Below are positions 30,501 to 41,559 of a DNA stretch of 64,000 nucleotides, piece by piece; the first letter of the stretch is position 1; each line of letters starts with the position of its first letter. A program made the translations under genes and the position numbers. Below the pieces are notes generated by a model that was not told the DNA's origin, ran no database searches, and saw only the letters and a program-made list of their open reading frames with translations. This DNA is from Alphaproteobacteria bacterium. GTDB lineage: Bacteria; Pseudomonadota; Alphaproteobacteria; UBA7887. The stretch covers positions 694,853 through 758,852 of the forward strand of contig OZ241350.1 in NCBI GenBank assembly GCA_965200095.1, in the 5' to 3' direction.

Positions 30501-31672
30501 CGCCCGCGACATCGACGCGAACGGCGGCGTTCGCCGACGCCCGGCGCGTCGTCGTCAAGGTCGGGTCGGCGCTGCTCAGCGACGGACGCGGCGGTTTGCA
30601 TCACGACTGGATCGCGTCGCTGGCGGACGATATCGCGGCGTTACGGCGGCGCGGCGTGCGCGTGCTGCTGGTGTCGTCGGGCGCGATCGCGGTGGGGCGG
30701 CGGCGCCTCGCCCCGGCGCGCCGGTCGCTGGCGCTGGAGGAAAAGCAGGCTTGCGCGGCGGTGGGGCAGATCCGCCTCGCCCACGCCTGGCAACAGGCCT
30801 TCGCGCGTCATGACGCGACGGTGGCGCAGCTCCTGCTGACTCCTCAGGATTCCGAAGACCGCCGCCGCTATCTCAACGCGCGCAACACCATCGACGCGCT
30901 GCTGCGCCTCGACGCGCTGCCGTTGATCAACGAAAACGACACCGTCGCGACCGAGGAGATCCGCTTCGGCGACAATGACCGGCTGGCGGCGCGGGTGGCG
31001 CAGATGGCGGGGGCCGATGTCCTCGTTCTGTTGTCGGACGTGGATGGCCTTTACACGGCGGACCCGCGCCGCGACCCGGAGGCGCGGCGCCTCGACGAGG
31101 TGCGCGCCGTCACCCCGGAGATCGCCGCCATGGCCGGCGGCAGTCCGACCGATACGGGTTCGGGCGGGATGATCACCAAGATCGAGGCGGCGCGGATCGC
31201 GTTGCGGGCGGGCTGTCACATGGCGATCGTCGAAGGCGCGCCGGCGCGCCCGCTGACGCGGCTGGAGGCGGGCGCGCCCTGCACCTGGTTCCGCGCCGAA
31301 GCGAGTCCGCTCACGGCGCGCAAGCAGTGGATCGCCGGCGGCCTGCGGCCGGCCGGCGCGCTGACGGTCGACGCCGGGGCCGCGCGCGCTCTGGCGGCGG
31401 GCAAGAGCCTGCTGCCGGCCGGGGTGACGGCCGCGGAAGGGGATTTCGGGCGCGGCGATCTGGTGGCGGTGCGCGATACGGACGCGAGGGAGATCGCGCG
31501 CGGGTTGTGCGCCTATGGCGGCGCGGACGCGCGCGCCATCCTGGGACGCAGAAGCGATGAAATCGAACGCCTCCTGGGCTATCGTGGCCGCGAGGAGATC
31601 ATCCACAGGGACGATCTGGTGCTGGCTGCGGGCCCGGCGCCGGCGGCGGACGCGGGAGGAGGAGAGCGATGA
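30497..31672 (+). CDS. proB: glutamate 5-kinase
   Basis: GTG start overlapping the obg stop. [10 protein letters not shown]..., NENDTV, and a PUA domain at the C-terminus. Confidence 0.9.
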   Translation: MTPATSTRTAAFADARRVVVKVGSALLSDGRGGLHHDWIASLADDIAALRRRGVRVLLVSSGAIAVGRRRLAPARRSLALEEKQACAAVGQIRLAHAWQQAFARHDATVAQLLLTPQDSEDRRRYLNARNTIDALLRLDALPLINENDTVATEEIRFGDNDRLAARVAQMAGADVLVLLSDVDGLYTADPRRDPEARRLDEVRAVTPEIAAMAGGSPTDTGSGGMITKIEAARIALRAGCHMAIVEGAPARPLTRLEAGAPCTWFRAEASPLTARKQWIAGGLRPAGALTVDAGAARALAAGKSLLPAGVTAAEGDFGRGDLVAVRDTDAREIARGLCAYGGADARAILGRRSDEIERLLGYRGREEIIHRDDLVLAAGPAPAADAGGGER

Positions 31673-32952
31673 GTCTGGCCGGCCAGATCGAGGCGCATCT
31701 GCTGCGCGAGAAGATGCGCGCGCTCGGCAAGGCGGCGCGCGCCGCGGCGGCGGCGCTGGCGAAACAGGAGTCCGAAGCGAAAAATGCGGCGCTGGCCGCG
31801 GCGGCGGCGGCGATCCGCAGCGACTCCGGCGCGATTCTCGACGCCAACGCGGCCGATATGGAGCGCGCGCGGGGGCGCGGCGTCAAGGGCGCGTTTCTCG
31901 ACCGGCTGGCCCTCGACGACGCGCGTCTGGAGGCGATGGCGCAGGGGCTGGATGCGGTAGCGGCGCTCCCCGACCCCGTCGGCGCCTGCATGGACGAATG
32001 GACGCGCCCGAACGGCCTCGCCATCCGCCGCGTGCGCGTGCCCCTGGGCGTCATCGGCGTGATCTACGAGTCGCGCCCCAATGTCACCGCGGATGCGGGC
32101 GCGCTGTGCCTCAAGTCGGGCAATGCGGCGATCCTGCGCGGCGGTTCCGAGAGTTTCGAGTCGTCGGCCGCGATCCATCGATGCCTCGTGCGGGGCCTGA
32201 AGGAAGCGGGCCTGCCCGAAGCCGCGATACAGCGCGTTTCGACGCGCGACCGCGCCGCGGTCGGGGAAATGCTGACGATGACCGACCATATCGACGTGGT
32301 GGTGCCGCGGGGCGGCAAGTCTCTGGTGGCGCGCGTCGCCGAAGAAAGCCGCGTGCCTGTGATCAAGCATCTCGACGGCATATGCCACGTCTATATCGAC
32401 CGCGCGGCGGATGCGGAGATGGCGGCCTCGGTCACCCTGAACGCGAAGATGCGGCGCACGGGGATCTGCGGCGCCGCGGAGACCGTCCTGGTGCACCGCG
32501 ACGCGGTCTCCGGAGTCCTCCCCGGCGTTCTCGACGGGCTGGTCGCCGCCGGTTGCGAAGTGCGCGGCGACGAGACCGTGCGCGGGGTCGACCCCCGCGC
32601 CGTCGCGGCGACCGCGCAGGACTGGGACACCGAATATCTCGACGCCATCGTTTCGGTGAAGGCGGTGGGCAGCCTCGACGAAGCCATCGCCCATGTGGAG
32701 GCGCACGGGTCGCATCATACCGACAGCATCGTCACCGAGGACCGCGCGGCGGCGGATCGGTTCCTGCGCGAGGTCGACAGCGGCATCGTGCTGCACAACG
32801 CCTCGACCCAATTCGCCGACGGGGGCGAGTTCGGCATGGGCGCCGAGATCGGCATTTCCACGGGCAAGCTCCATGCCCGCGGGCCGGTGGGGCTGGAACA
32901 ACTGACGAGCTACAAATATGTCGTGCGCGGCGCCGGCCAGACCCGCCCCTGA
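31669..32952 (+). CDS. proA: gamma-glutamyl phosphate reductase
   Basis: 427 aa; ATGA overlap with proB; catalytic Cys region [15 protein letters not shown]. Confidence 0.95.
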   Translation: MSLAGQIEAHLLREKMRALGKAARAAAAALAKQESEAKNAALAAAAAAIRSDSGAILDANAADMERARGRGVKGAFLDRLALDDARLEAMAQGLDAVAALPDPVGACMDEWTRPNGLAIRRVRVPLGVIGVIYESRPNVTADAGALCLKSGNAAILRGGSESFESSAAIHRCLVRGLKEAGLPEAAIQRVSTRDRAAVGEMLTMTDHIDVVVPRGGKSLVARVAEESRVPVIKHLDGICHVYIDRAADAEMAASVTLNAKMRRTGICGAAETVLVHRDAVSGVLPGVLDGLVAAGCEVRGDETVRGVDPRAVAATAQDWDTEYLDAIVSVKAVGSLDEAIAHVEAHGSHHTDSIVTEDRAAADRFLREVDSGIVLHNASTQFADGGEFGMGAEIGISTGKLHARGPVGLEQLTSYKYVVRGAGQTRP

Positions 32953-32986
32953 CCGGCGCCGCGACGTTCGCACAGGGAGGACCGCC

Positions 32987-34117
32987 ATGAACCGGCGACC
33001 GGTTTCGCTCCACGTTATCGCAGCGGCCGCGCTCGCCGCGCCGTTCTTCGCAGGGAGCGCGGCGGCGGCGGCCGACGAGGCGCCGCTCGACCGCCTCCGG
33101 CTGCCGCCGGGTTTCGCCATCGACCTCTACGCCGCCGACGTGCCCAACGCCCGGGCGATGGCGCTCGGCGACCGCGGCGCGCTGTTCGTCGGCTCGCGGG
33201 ACGCCGGGAAGGTCTACGCGCTGGTCGATAACGACGGCGACGGGCGCGCGGACGAAAGGTTCATCGTCGACGATCGCCTGAGGTCGCCGACCGGCGTGGC
33301 CTTCCGCGACGGCGCACTCTACGTCGCCGCGATCAGCCGTATCCTCCGCTACGACGCGATCGAAACGCGGCTCGACGACCCGCCCGAGCCGACGGTAGTG
33401 ACCGACTCGCTGCCGGGCGACCGCTGGCACGGCTGGAAATATCTCGCCTTCGGACCCGACGGGAAGCTCTACGTCCCCGTCGGCGCGCCGTGCAACGTCT
33501 GCGAGCGTCCCGACCCCTACGCCGCCATCCTGCGCCTGGACCCGGAGAGCGGCCGGCGCGAGGTCTTCGCCCGCGGCGTGCGCAATTCGGTCGGGTTCGA
33601 CTTTCATCCCGAGACCGGCGAATTGTGGTTCACCGACAACGGACGCGACTATCTCGGCGACGACGCGCCGCCTTGCGAGCTCAACCGCGCGCCGACGGCG
33701 GGGCTGCATTTCGGCTTCCCGTATTGCCACGCCGGGACCATCGTCGATCCCGAATACGGGGGGCGCGGCTGCGGCGAGTTCACGCCCCCCGCCCGGGCGC
33801 TGGGGCCGCACGTGGCGCCGCTCGGCATGGCGTTCTACGACGGCGCCGCGTTCCCGGAGGAATATCGCGGCGACGTGTTCATCGCCGAGCACGGGTCGTG
33901 GAACCGGAGCCGCAAGATCGGCTACCGGGTCACTCGCGTCCGCCTCGACGCGGCGGGGGACGCGGTCGAATACCTCCCCTTCGCGTCGGGGTGGCTGCAA
34001 GGCGAACGCAATTGGGGCCGCCCGGCGGACGTGCTGGTCATGCCCGACGGGGCGCTTCTCGTCTCCGACGACGACTTCGGGGCGATTTACCGCATCGTGT
34101 GGACCGGCGCCGGATAA
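32987..34117 (+). CDS. PQQ-dependent sugar dehydrogenase (soluble aldose/sorbosone dehydrogenase family), secreted
   Basis: SD GGGAGG. Signal peptide, beta-propeller motifs, HGWKYLAFGPDGKLYVPVG, DNGRDYLGDDAPPCELN. Confidence 0.8.
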   Translation: MNRRPVSLHVIAAAALAAPFFAGSAAAAADEAPLDRLRLPPGFAIDLYAADVPNARAMALGDRGALFVGSRDAGKVYALVDNDGDGRADERFIVDDRLRSPTGVAFRDGALYVAAISRILRYDAIETRLDDPPEPTVVTDSLPGDRWHGWKYLAFGPDGKLYVPVGAPCNVCERPDPYAAILRLDPESGRREVFARGVRNSVGFDFHPETGELWFTDNGRDYLGDDAPPCELNRAPTAGLHFGFPYCHAGTIVDPEYGGRGCGEFTPPARALGPHVAPLGMAFYDGAAFPEEYRGDVFIAEHGSWNRSRKIGYRVTRVRLDAAGDAVEYLPFASGWLQGERNWGRPADVLVMPDGALLVSDDDFGAIYRIVWTGAG

Positions 34118-34124
34118 CCGCGCG

Positions 34125-35780
34125 ATGCCCTGCGCAACCGTCGCCGGGACCGTTGCCGATGTCCTGAGCCAATACGGCGTTGCCCGGGTTTTCGGGGTTC
34201 CCGGCGGCGGTTCGAACCTCGAGATCATCGACGCCTGCGCGGTTCGCGGCATCGACTACGTGCTCGCGCATACTGAGACAGCGGCGGCGATCATGGCGGC
34301 GGTCACCGGCGAATTGATGGGCGCGCCGGGCGTCGTCGCGACGGGTCTGGGGCCGGGCGCGGCGGCCGCCGTGAACGGCGTCGCCTACGCCGCCCTCGAC
34401 CGGGCGCCGTTGCTGATCCTGACCGACTCCTACGACTCCCGCGTCCATGCCCATGTGACGCATCAGAAAATCGATCATCCGCGGCTGTTCGAGCCGCTGA
34501 CCAAGGCGGGCGGGCGGGCGACGGCGGACAACGTCGCGCCCCTGCTTCACGACCTGTTGCGCGCGGCGCTGACGCCGCCCTTCGGTCCCGTGCATTGCGA
34601 TCTTTCGGCGCCCGACGCGGCGGCGGCGGTTCGCGACGGCGCGTCCGCACCCGAACCGACGCCGGCGGCGCGCGGCGCGGAAATCGCGAAAGCCGACGCC
34701 GACGCCGCCCGGGCGCTTGTCGCCGGCGCCCGCCGACCGGCTATCGTCGCCGGCGCCCAGGCGCGGCGAGGCGGCGCGGAGGCGCTGGCGGCGCTCGCCG
34801 AGGCGCTCGCCTGTCCGGTGCTCACCACCTACAAGGCGAAAGGCGTCTATGCGGACGGCGCCGCGCGCCATGCGGGACTGTTCACCGGGGGTGCGGCGGA
34901 AGCGCCCTGGCTCGCCGAATGCGACCTGCTCATCCTGTTCGGGGTGGACCCGGTGGAGCTCGTCGCGTCGCCCTGGCCCTATGCGATGCCGGTCCTCGAA
35001 CTCGTCACGGCGACCGTGCGCCCGCACTATGCCGACATCGCGGTTTCGCTGGAGGGCGATCTCGCGGTGCTGGCGCGGGAGGCGGCCGGCGCCGCGCAAC
35101 CCGCGAACTGGCCGTTCGATCCGCGCCCCTTGCCCCTTCCGGAAGCGCCGGCGGCGGCCGGACGCCTGTCGCCGCAAGCGGTGGCGCGGGCGGCCGCTGC
35201 GGCGCTGCCGGACGCCCGGATCGCCGTCGACGCGGGCGCCCACATGCTGGCGCCCATGGGCGAGTGGCCCGCCCGCCGGGCCTTCGACGCGCAGATATCG
35301 AACGGCCTGTCGACGATGGGCTTCGCCTTGCCCGCCGCCATCGCCACCGCTCTCGCCGAGCCGGGACGGCGCGTCGTGGCGTTCACCGGCGACGGCGGCC
35401 TCGCCATGTGCCTGGGCGAGCTCGCCACCGCGGCGCGTCGCGCGCTGCCGATCGCGGTCGTCGTTTTCAACGACGCGCGCCTCGCGCTCATCGACGCCAA
35501 GCAGGAGCAGCGCGGCTTCGCGCCGCGCGGGATGCGCTATCCGGAGCTGGATTTCGCCACCGCGGCGCGGGGCCTCGGCTGCCGCGGGCTGCGCGCCCGC
35601 GACGCGAGCGAGCTGGAGGCGGCCCTCGCGGAAGCGCGCGACGCCGCCGGGCCGCTGCTGATCGACGCGCCGGTCGATCCGTCGGGCTACCGCGCGATGT
35701 TCGAAGCGGTGCGCGGCGCGCCCGCGGCGCGGGTCCGGGCGCCGGGGCCGGACGAAGGCGCGCGTCCTACAAGAGCTTGA
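34125..35780 (+). CDS. thiamine-pyrophosphate-dependent enzyme (acetolactate synthase large-subunit-like)
   Basis: 551 aa; N-terminal Pyr domain (VFGVPGGGSNLEIIDA), central domain, C-terminal TPP-binding GDGG...NDARLALI. Confidence 0.8.
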   Translation: MPCATVAGTVADVLSQYGVARVFGVPGGGSNLEIIDACAVRGIDYVLAHTETAAAIMAAVTGELMGAPGVVATGLGPGAAAAVNGVAYAALDRAPLLILTDSYDSRVHAHVTHQKIDHPRLFEPLTKAGGRATADNVAPLLHDLLRAALTPPFGPVHCDLSAPDAAAAVRDGASAPEPTPAARGAEIAKADADAARALVAGARRPAIVAGAQARRGGAEALAALAEALACPVLTTYKAKGVYADGAARHAGLFTGGAAEAPWLAECDLLILFGVDPVELVASPWPYAMPVLELVTATVRPHYADIAVSLEGDLAVLAREAAGAAQPANWPFDPRPLPLPEAPAAAGRLSPQAVARAAAAALPDARIAVDAGAHMLAPMGEWPARRAFDAQISNGLSTMGFALPAAIATALAEPGRRVVAFTGDGGLAMCLGELATAARRALPIAVVVFNDARLALIDAKQEQRGFAPRGMRYPELDFATAARGLGCRGLRARDASELEAALAEARDAAGPLLIDAPVDPSGYRAMFEAVRGAPAARVRAPGPDEGARPTRA

Positions 35781-36025
35781 CGGCGGCGACGATCAAGCCG
35801 CCAACCGCGACCATTCGTACGGTAAGGTGGGTTTCGAGCGCGGCGACATCGGCGCGCAGGGCGGCGCGCAAGGCTTCAAGGTCTGCTTTGGTGGCGAGCC
35901 CCGGCGTGTCCTTGACGGATCGCCCTTGCGACAGCTTCCGCCGGTTCCTTTCCGATCCCGGACGCTTCGAGGTCGCGCGCAACTGCGAGCGTATCGAAAT
36001 CGGCATCGCGTTCCGTGGCCTCCAT
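35767..36025 (-). pseudogene. small DUF1640-like gene split by a 1-nt frameshift (low confidence)
   Basis: N-terminus MEATERDADFDTLAVARDLEASGIGKEPAEAVARAIRQG in one frame; C-terminus ATKADLEALRAALRADVAALETHLTVRMVAVGGLIVAAVKLL (TM tail) in another. The frames meet around 35885-35900. Could be a sequencing error. Confidence 0.25.
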
Positions 36026-36349
36026 GCGGAGACAATGGCCCGGCGCGGGGTTGCCGACAAGCGCAGTAGCGTTCCGTATGGTGTCGTACGATATCGAGCG
36101 ATATCGGGTTCGCTCTTCCGAACCGGGGATGAAAATATGGGGGGATCGCGGCGCTGTCGCGAAGACCGCCATTGCTTCGGCGGATTGCGAATTTCAGGCG
36201 GCGAATGCGCGTTTCGGCGCTCGATTCCACGGCCGCGGCGCGGGGCCCCGGTTGTCGCGGCCTGCGCGCCCGCGACGCCGGCGCGGGTCCGACCGCCGGC
36301 GCCGGACAACGCACAGCGGACGAAAGACGGCTGACGCGAGGACGCGGAC

Positions 36350-38983
36350 ATGGAGCTCGACGTAATCCTGTTCGCTCTTTTCGGGCTGGTCGTTCTTCTC
36401 GTCGCTGCCGGCGCGCTTCTGGGGTGGGTGAGTTTCTTCCGCGTGGGCCGGCTGCGTGCGGCCCTGGCGCGCGCGAACGAGCGTCTGGCGCGCCTCGAGG
36501 GCGAGGCGACGGAGGCGCCGCCTCCCGTCCCGGCGACGGAAGCGCCTTCCGCCGGGCGCGCCGGCGTAACCGCGGCCGCGGCGGCCGCGCGTTACGAACA
36601 CGAACTCGCATCTTACTGGATGACGAGAATCGGCGCGGTGGCCCTCGCGCTCGCCGGGGTGTTCCTGGTGGGACATTCCATCGAGCGGGGCTGGCTCGGC
36701 CCGCCGACGCGCTGCGCTCTCGGCGCGGCCGGCGGCGTCGCTCTCCTTCTCGTCGGGGAGTGGCTGCGCCGCCGCGCGCGCGCCGCGCCGTCGACGGGGC
36801 CGGGCTCCGCCGCGGCGGCGCTGACCGCCGCGGGCGTGGCCGTGCTGTTCGTGACTCTCTACGCCGCGCACGCGCTTTACGGTCTGCTCCCCCCCGCGCC
36901 GGCTTTCGTTCTCCTGGGGGCGGTCGCCGCCGGCGCGGGGGCGCTGGCCCTGTTGCACGGCCCGTTCATCGCCCTGCTCGGCGTCGTCGGCGGCTATCTG
37001 GCGCCGGCGCTCGTCGATGTCGACGCCGCGCCCTCGGCGCCGGCGCTGTTCGGGTTCCTTGCCGTTCTCAACGGCGCCGCAATGTGGATCCTGCGCTATC
37101 GCCCCTGGTGGAGCGTCGGGTTCCCGGCCCTCGCAGGCGCCGGGTTGTGGCCGGCGCTGTGGCTGGCGACCGCGTGGAGTCCCTGCGACGCGCCCGCCGT
37201 CGGCGCCTATCTCGCCGTCTCCCTTGCCCTGACGCTCTATCTGCCGGCGCAGGCGCGGGGAGAGCGCCGGTTCGGCGGACGGTTCGCCCTCGCCGATGCG
37301 TTGCCCTGGGCGGCCGTGGCGCTGTTCGCGCCCCTGACCTTCGCCCTGGTCCGCGTGGACGGCTACGGCGCGGCGTCGCTCGCCGCCCTGGCCGCGGTCT
37401 GCCTCGTCTGTATGGATGCGGGGCGGCGGCGCGGCGGACCCGGAGACCTCGCGGGGGCGGCGGCGGCGGCGCTCGTCCTCGTCCTCGCCGCCGTCTTTCA
37501 CATCGGGAGCGTGACCGACGCGGCGGGAAACGCCCTCGGCGTCGACGGCTGGCGCTACGACCTCGGGCTCCGCCCCGTGGCGCCGGCGCTGGAGCCGTTC
37601 CTCGCGTTCTCGGGGGCGTTTGCCGCCCTGTTCGCGGGGTTCGGCTATTGGAGCCTGTGGCGGGCGCGCCGGCCCTGGCTGTGGGCGGGGCTTTCGGCCG
37701 CGGCGCCGCCGGCGTTGCTCGCCGTCGCGTTCTGGCGGGTCCGCGGGTTCGAGGGCGATCTTTCCTGGGCGGCGGTCGCGGTCGGCGTCGCCGCGCTCGG
37801 CGCCGCGGCGGCGGAAAGAACGGCGCGCCGTCGCGAACGGCCCGGCATGGAGGGCGCGCTGGCCGCTTACGCCGCGGGGGCGGCGGCGGCGCTCGGCCTG
37901 GCGATGGCGTTGTCGCTGCAACAGGCCTGGCTGACGGCGGCGCTGTCGCTCCAGGTCGCCGCGCTGGCGGCGATCCATGACCGCCTGCCGCTGGCGGGCC
38001 TCCGCCTCGCCGCACTGGCGGCGGCCGCCGCCGTCATCGTCCGTCTGGCCTTCAACCTCTACGTTTTCGACTACGCCGCAACCGCGGCGGCGGGGTTCGC
38101 CTGGACGCTTTACGGCTGCGGGATCCCGGCGCTGGCCTTCCTGTGGGCGGCGCGGCGCTTCGGCAAAAGGCCGCGCGATGCGCTCGTCCCCGTGCTGGAG
38201 GCCGGCGCGCTTGCCTTCATCGCACTGCTGGCGGCGCTGCCGTTTTACGGATGGGCGGCGCCCGGTTCGGATTTCGGCGAACGGAGCGTGCGGATCGCGG
38301 TCTGGCTGGCCGCCGCCTGGGGCCTCTGCCGCGGCGCCGGCGACGCCGGCGGCGGTCCGGCGGGCGTCGGCTGGCGGGTTCTCGGCGGCGTCGCCCTGGC
38401 GGAAGTCGTCGCGGCGCAGATGTTGTTCGCCAGCCCGCTGTTGCACGCGGTCGATGTCGGCGACCGGCCGGTCCTCAACCTCCTGCTCCTCGCCTATGGC
38501 GTTCCGGCGGCGGCGGGCCTCGCCTTCCTGCGCCTGGCCGACGCGCGCGGCGACCTCCCGACGGCGCGCGTGGCGGGCGTCATGGCGCTGGCGCTCGTCC
38601 TGCACTGGCTGACTCTGGAAACGCGCCGCGCCTTCCACGGCGGGGTGCTCGCGGGAGACGGCGCGCCGGCCCTTCCGGGCGCGGCCGAGTGGTACGCCTA
38701 TTCGCTGCTCTGGCTCGTCTGCGCCGGGGTTCTGCTCGGGTTCGGGCTGTGGCGCGGCAACGCGGCGTTGCGTCAGGCGGCGCTGGTGCTGGTGGCGTTC
38801 ACCGCGGTCAAACTTTTCCTGTTCGACATGCGGACGCTCGACGGGCTGTGGCGCGTGGCGTCGTTTCTCGGCCTGGGAGCGTCGCTGGTCGCCATCGCCG
38901 GGCTCTATCGGCGCTTCGTCCTGCCGCCGCCGGTTCCGCCCCCCGCCGACCCGCGCGGGACGCAGGAGGCGGCGTCCTCGTGA
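36350..38983 (+). CDS. large polytopic membrane protein (DUF2339-like)
   Basis: 877 aa; N-terminal coiled coil followed by more than 20 predicted TM helices rich in Ala/Leu/Gly. Confidence 0.7.
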   Translation: MELDVILFALFGLVVLLVAAGALLGWVSFFRVGRLRAALARANERLARLEGEATEAPPPVPATEAPSAGRAGVTAAAAAARYEHELASYWMTRIGAVALALAGVFLVGHSIERGWLGPPTRCALGAAGGVALLLVGEWLRRRARAAPSTGPGSAAAALTAAGVAVLFVTLYAAHALYGLLPPAPAFVLLGAVAAGAGALALLHGPFIALLGVVGGYLAPALVDVDAAPSAPALFGFLAVLNGAAMWILRYRPWWSVGFPALAGAGLWPALWLATAWSPCDAPAVGAYLAVSLALTLYLPAQARGERRFGGRFALADALPWAAVALFAPLTFALVRVDGYGAASLAALAAVCLVCMDAGRRRGGPGDLAGAAAAALVLVLAAVFHIGSVTDAAGNALGVDGWRYDLGLRPVAPALEPFLAFSGAFAALFAGFGYWSLWRARRPWLWAGLSAAAPPALLAVAFWRVRGFEGDLSWAAVAVGVAALGAAAAERTARRRERPGMEGALAAYAAGAAAALGLAMALSLQQAWLTAALSLQVAALAAIHDRLPLAGLRLAALAAAAAVIVRLAFNLYVFDYAATAAAGFAWTLYGCGIPALAFLWAARRFGKRPRDALVPVLEAGALAFIALLAALPFYGWAAPGSDFGERSVRIAVWLAAAWGLCRGAGDAGGGPAGVGWRVLGGVALAEVVAAQMLFASPLLHAVDVGDRPVLNLLLLAYGVPAAAGLAFLRLADARGDLPTARVAGVMALALVLHWLTLETRRAFHGGVLAGDGAPALPGAAEWYAYSLLWLVCAGVLLGFGLWRGNAALRQAALVLVAFTAVKLFLFDMRTLDGLWRVASFLGLGASLVAIAGLYRRFVLPPPVPPPADPRGTQEAASS

Positions 38984-38999
38984 CCGCGCGCGGGCGGCG

Positions 39000-39935
39000 T
39001 CACGCCGCGGCGCGGTTCAGCCCGGCGACCGCGGGCAGCACTTCGTCGATCAGCCTGCGGGTCTGGTCCGTGATGTCATCGTCGCCGGCGCCGATGGGGC
39101 GGAGGATGAATTTGGAGACTCCGGCGGCGACGTAAGCATGGATGCGGTCCATGATCGCGGCGGCGCCGCCGCAGACGATGGCGCGCGCCGGGTCGCGGCC
39201 GAGACGCTCGCGATAGGCTTTGGCGGTTTGCGCCACCGGTTCGTCGTCCCATGCGCCGAAGCGGAAGGCGAAGGCGGCGCCGTAATGGTCCTCGGGGATG
39301 CGCCGCCCGCGCTCGCGCGCGGCGCTGCGGATGGCGGCGACGACGCGCGCCGTCTCGTCCGGGGTCTCGAACGCGCCTTGCCATCCGGTGCCGAACCGCG
39401 CGGTGCGGCGGATGGCGGCGTCGCTGGACCCGCCGAGCCACAGGGGCATGGTTTTCTGCACCGGCCGGGGCGAGATCGAGGCGCCCCGGTAGCGGAAGAA
39501 CGCGCCTTCGAAATCCACCGACTCTTCGGACCACAGGCGGGAGATTATCTCCAGCCCCTCGTCGGTGCGCCGGCCGCGGCCTCCGGTGTCCCGCCCGGTG
39601 GCTTTCCAGTCGGGCGCGCGGGCCGTGCCGATGCCGAAGGCCGGCAGCATCCGTCCGCCGCTCAACACGTCGACAGTGGCGCATTGCTTGGCCAGAAGCA
39701 GCGGATCCCGCAGCGCGACCGAAGCGACGTTCATGCCGAATTTGAGCCGCCGCGTCGCGCCGGCGAGCGCCGCCAGCGCGGTCATACATTCAAGCACGGG
39801 GTGGCGAGACACCAGCCGGTCGGTTTGCCACAGCGAGTCGACCCCGCGGTCTTCGCAGAGCGCCACCCAGCGCCGCCATGCGGCGGCGCCGGAAAAGGGG
39901 AAATCCGCAAGCCCCAGACCGACCGCTACGGTCAC
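39000..39935 (-). CDS. LLM-class (luciferase-like) flavin/F420-dependent oxidoreductase
   Basis: 311 aa; TIM-barrel LLM motifs (GLGLADFP..., LWLGGSSDAAIRR). Confidence 0.8.
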   Translation of the reverse strand: MTVAVGLGLADFPFSGAAAWRRWVALCEDRGVDSLWQTDRLVSRHPVLECMTALAALAGATRRLKFGMNVASVALRDPLLLAKQCATVDVLSGGRMLPAFGIGTARAPDWKATGRDTGGRGRRTDEGLEIISRLWSEESVDFEGAFFRYRGASISPRPVQKTMPLWLGGSSDAAIRRTARFGTGWQGAFETPDETARVVAAIRSAARERGRRIPEDHYGAAFAFRFGAWDDEPVAQTAKAYRERLGRDPARAIVCGGAAAIMDRIHAYVAAGVSKFILRPIGAGDDDITDQTRRLIDEVLPAVAGLNRAAA

Positions 39936-40530
39936 GCGCGCCTCCCGGGTTCCACGACTGGAAAGCGCACCCTAACACGGTCGCCCGGCCGGCGCGCCCC
40001 GGCTTTCGCCGCCGGGAGGCCGCCGGTCAGCCGTTGGGGCGCGACCAGCCGTGCCAGGCTTGTCCCGGCCTCCCCCGCGACGGCGGCTGCGGGTCGGCGC
40101 CGAGTCCGAAGCCGCCGGACACCTTTTCGAGTTCCGAGTCGCCGATTTCGGACGACGCGCGAGGGGCTTTTTCGGACGTCTCTTCCTGCGGCTTCCGCTG
40201 CTTCGATTCGCTCATGACCCGGTATCCTCTTCTTCGTTGCTTGCGTCTTATCGCACGAACGGCGCGAAAAGTCAACGCTTCGGCGGGCCTCGACGCGAAT
40301 CGCGCGGTCATGGACTTCGGCGATGTCGGCGCGCAATCCCGCCGACCCGGCTTCGATCCCGGCCATACGTAGCGCGGATCGGCGATGTCCGCGCGCGGCG
40401 GCCCGGAACGGCGAATACCCCTTTACGCCGCAGCCGGCGACGGGCATAATCCGCTCATGATCCAGGTCCGGTCGGCAAACTGCCGGAGCGACCGCGACGC
40501 CATGCGCCGCTGCGGCAACCGTGTGACGGC

Positions 40531-41406
40531 GTGAGGGCGCGGGCGAAACTGTTCCGCGCCGCGGGAAGAGGCGGCGCCGCGGACGTAAGAGCCGCGCTCA
40601 GAGCGGGCGCGAACCCGAACGCACGCCTCGACTCCGGTGTGACGCCGCTTCACGCGGCGGCGATGCAGAACGACAACCCGGCGGTTGTCGAGGCGCTGCT
40701 CGAGGGCGGCGCCGACCCGAACGCGCGCTCCGAAAGCGGCTGGACGCCGCTTCATGGAGCCGCGGCGAAGAACGCGAATCCCGCGGTCGTCGCAGCGCTG
40801 GCCGAAGCGGGGGCCGACCCGAACGCATCCTTCGAAGGCGGCTGGACGCCGCTTCATGCGGCGGTGATGAGAAACGGCGAGCCGATGATCGTGACGGCGC
40901 TGCTCAAGGCCGGGGCCGACCCGAACGCGCGCTCCGAAAACGGCTGGACGCCGCTTCATGCGGCGGTGGTGGAGAACTGCGCCCTCCCCATCATCGTCGC
41001 GTTGCTCGAATATGGCGCGAATCCGAACGCAGACGCCAAACACGGCTGGACGCCGGTTCATGCGGCGGCGGCGGAACACGCGGACCCGGAGGTCGTCTCG
41101 GCGCTGCTGGAAGCCGGCGCCGACCCGGACGTTCGGTCCGAGCAGGACGCGACGCCGGTTCATGCGGCGTCGTGGAACGACAATGCGGCGGTTGTCTCGG
41201 CGCTGCTCGAAGGCGGCGGCGACCCGAACGCACGCGCCGAGTCGGGCCTGACGCCGCTTCACGTGGCGGCGGGAAAGAACCGCAATCCGGCGGTGGCGAT
41301 GGCGCTGATTAAAGCCGGCGCCGACCCGGCGGCCCGCGACGAAGACGGCAACCTGCCCTTCGCCCCCCGCTCGCGCGACCGGAAACCGTCCGCTCGAAAA
41401 AAATAG
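40531..41406 (+). CDS. ankyrin-repeat protein (8 repeats)
   Basis: Repeated GxTPLHxAAxxNxNPAVVxALLxAGADPNAR units. Apparent GTG start; no ATG upstream in frame. Confidence 0.8.
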   Translation: MRARAKLFRAAGRGGAADVRAALRAGANPNARLDSGVTPLHAAAMQNDNPAVVEALLEGGADPNARSESGWTPLHGAAAKNANPAVVAALAEAGADPNASFEGGWTPLHAAVMRNGEPMIVTALLKAGADPNARSENGWTPLHAAVVENCALPIIVALLEYGANPNADAKHGWTPVHAAAAEHADPEVVSALLEAGADPDVRSEQDATPVHAASWNDNAAVVSALLEGGGDPNARAESGLTPLHVAAGKNRNPAVAMALIKAGADPAARDEDGNLPFAPRSRDRKPSARKK

Positions 41407-41559
41407 AGATGCCGATCGGCGCACGAACGGAATCCGGTTCGGGCAACGCCGCGGGACGGCGGGCGCGCGCCTTTCTCGTTTCGCCGCGAAACTCGTGAAC
41501 TGCGATAACCGCCGCGCGCCGGGCGGCCGACAAGGGCGGATACCGGATGAGCCCCCTTC

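Noticed and set aside
30185-31672. ORF-track start at 30185 for proB (495 aa)
   Set aside because: The N-terminal 100 aa are Arg-rich junk overlapping obg. The conserved glutamate-5-kinase sequence begins at GTG 30497, which overlaps the obg stop.
40027-40212. Small minus-strand ORF (MSESKQRKPQEETSEKAPRASSEIGDSELEKVSGGFGLGADPQPP...)
   Set aside because: 62 aa, no RBS evidence and low complexity; could be a small protein but not supportable.
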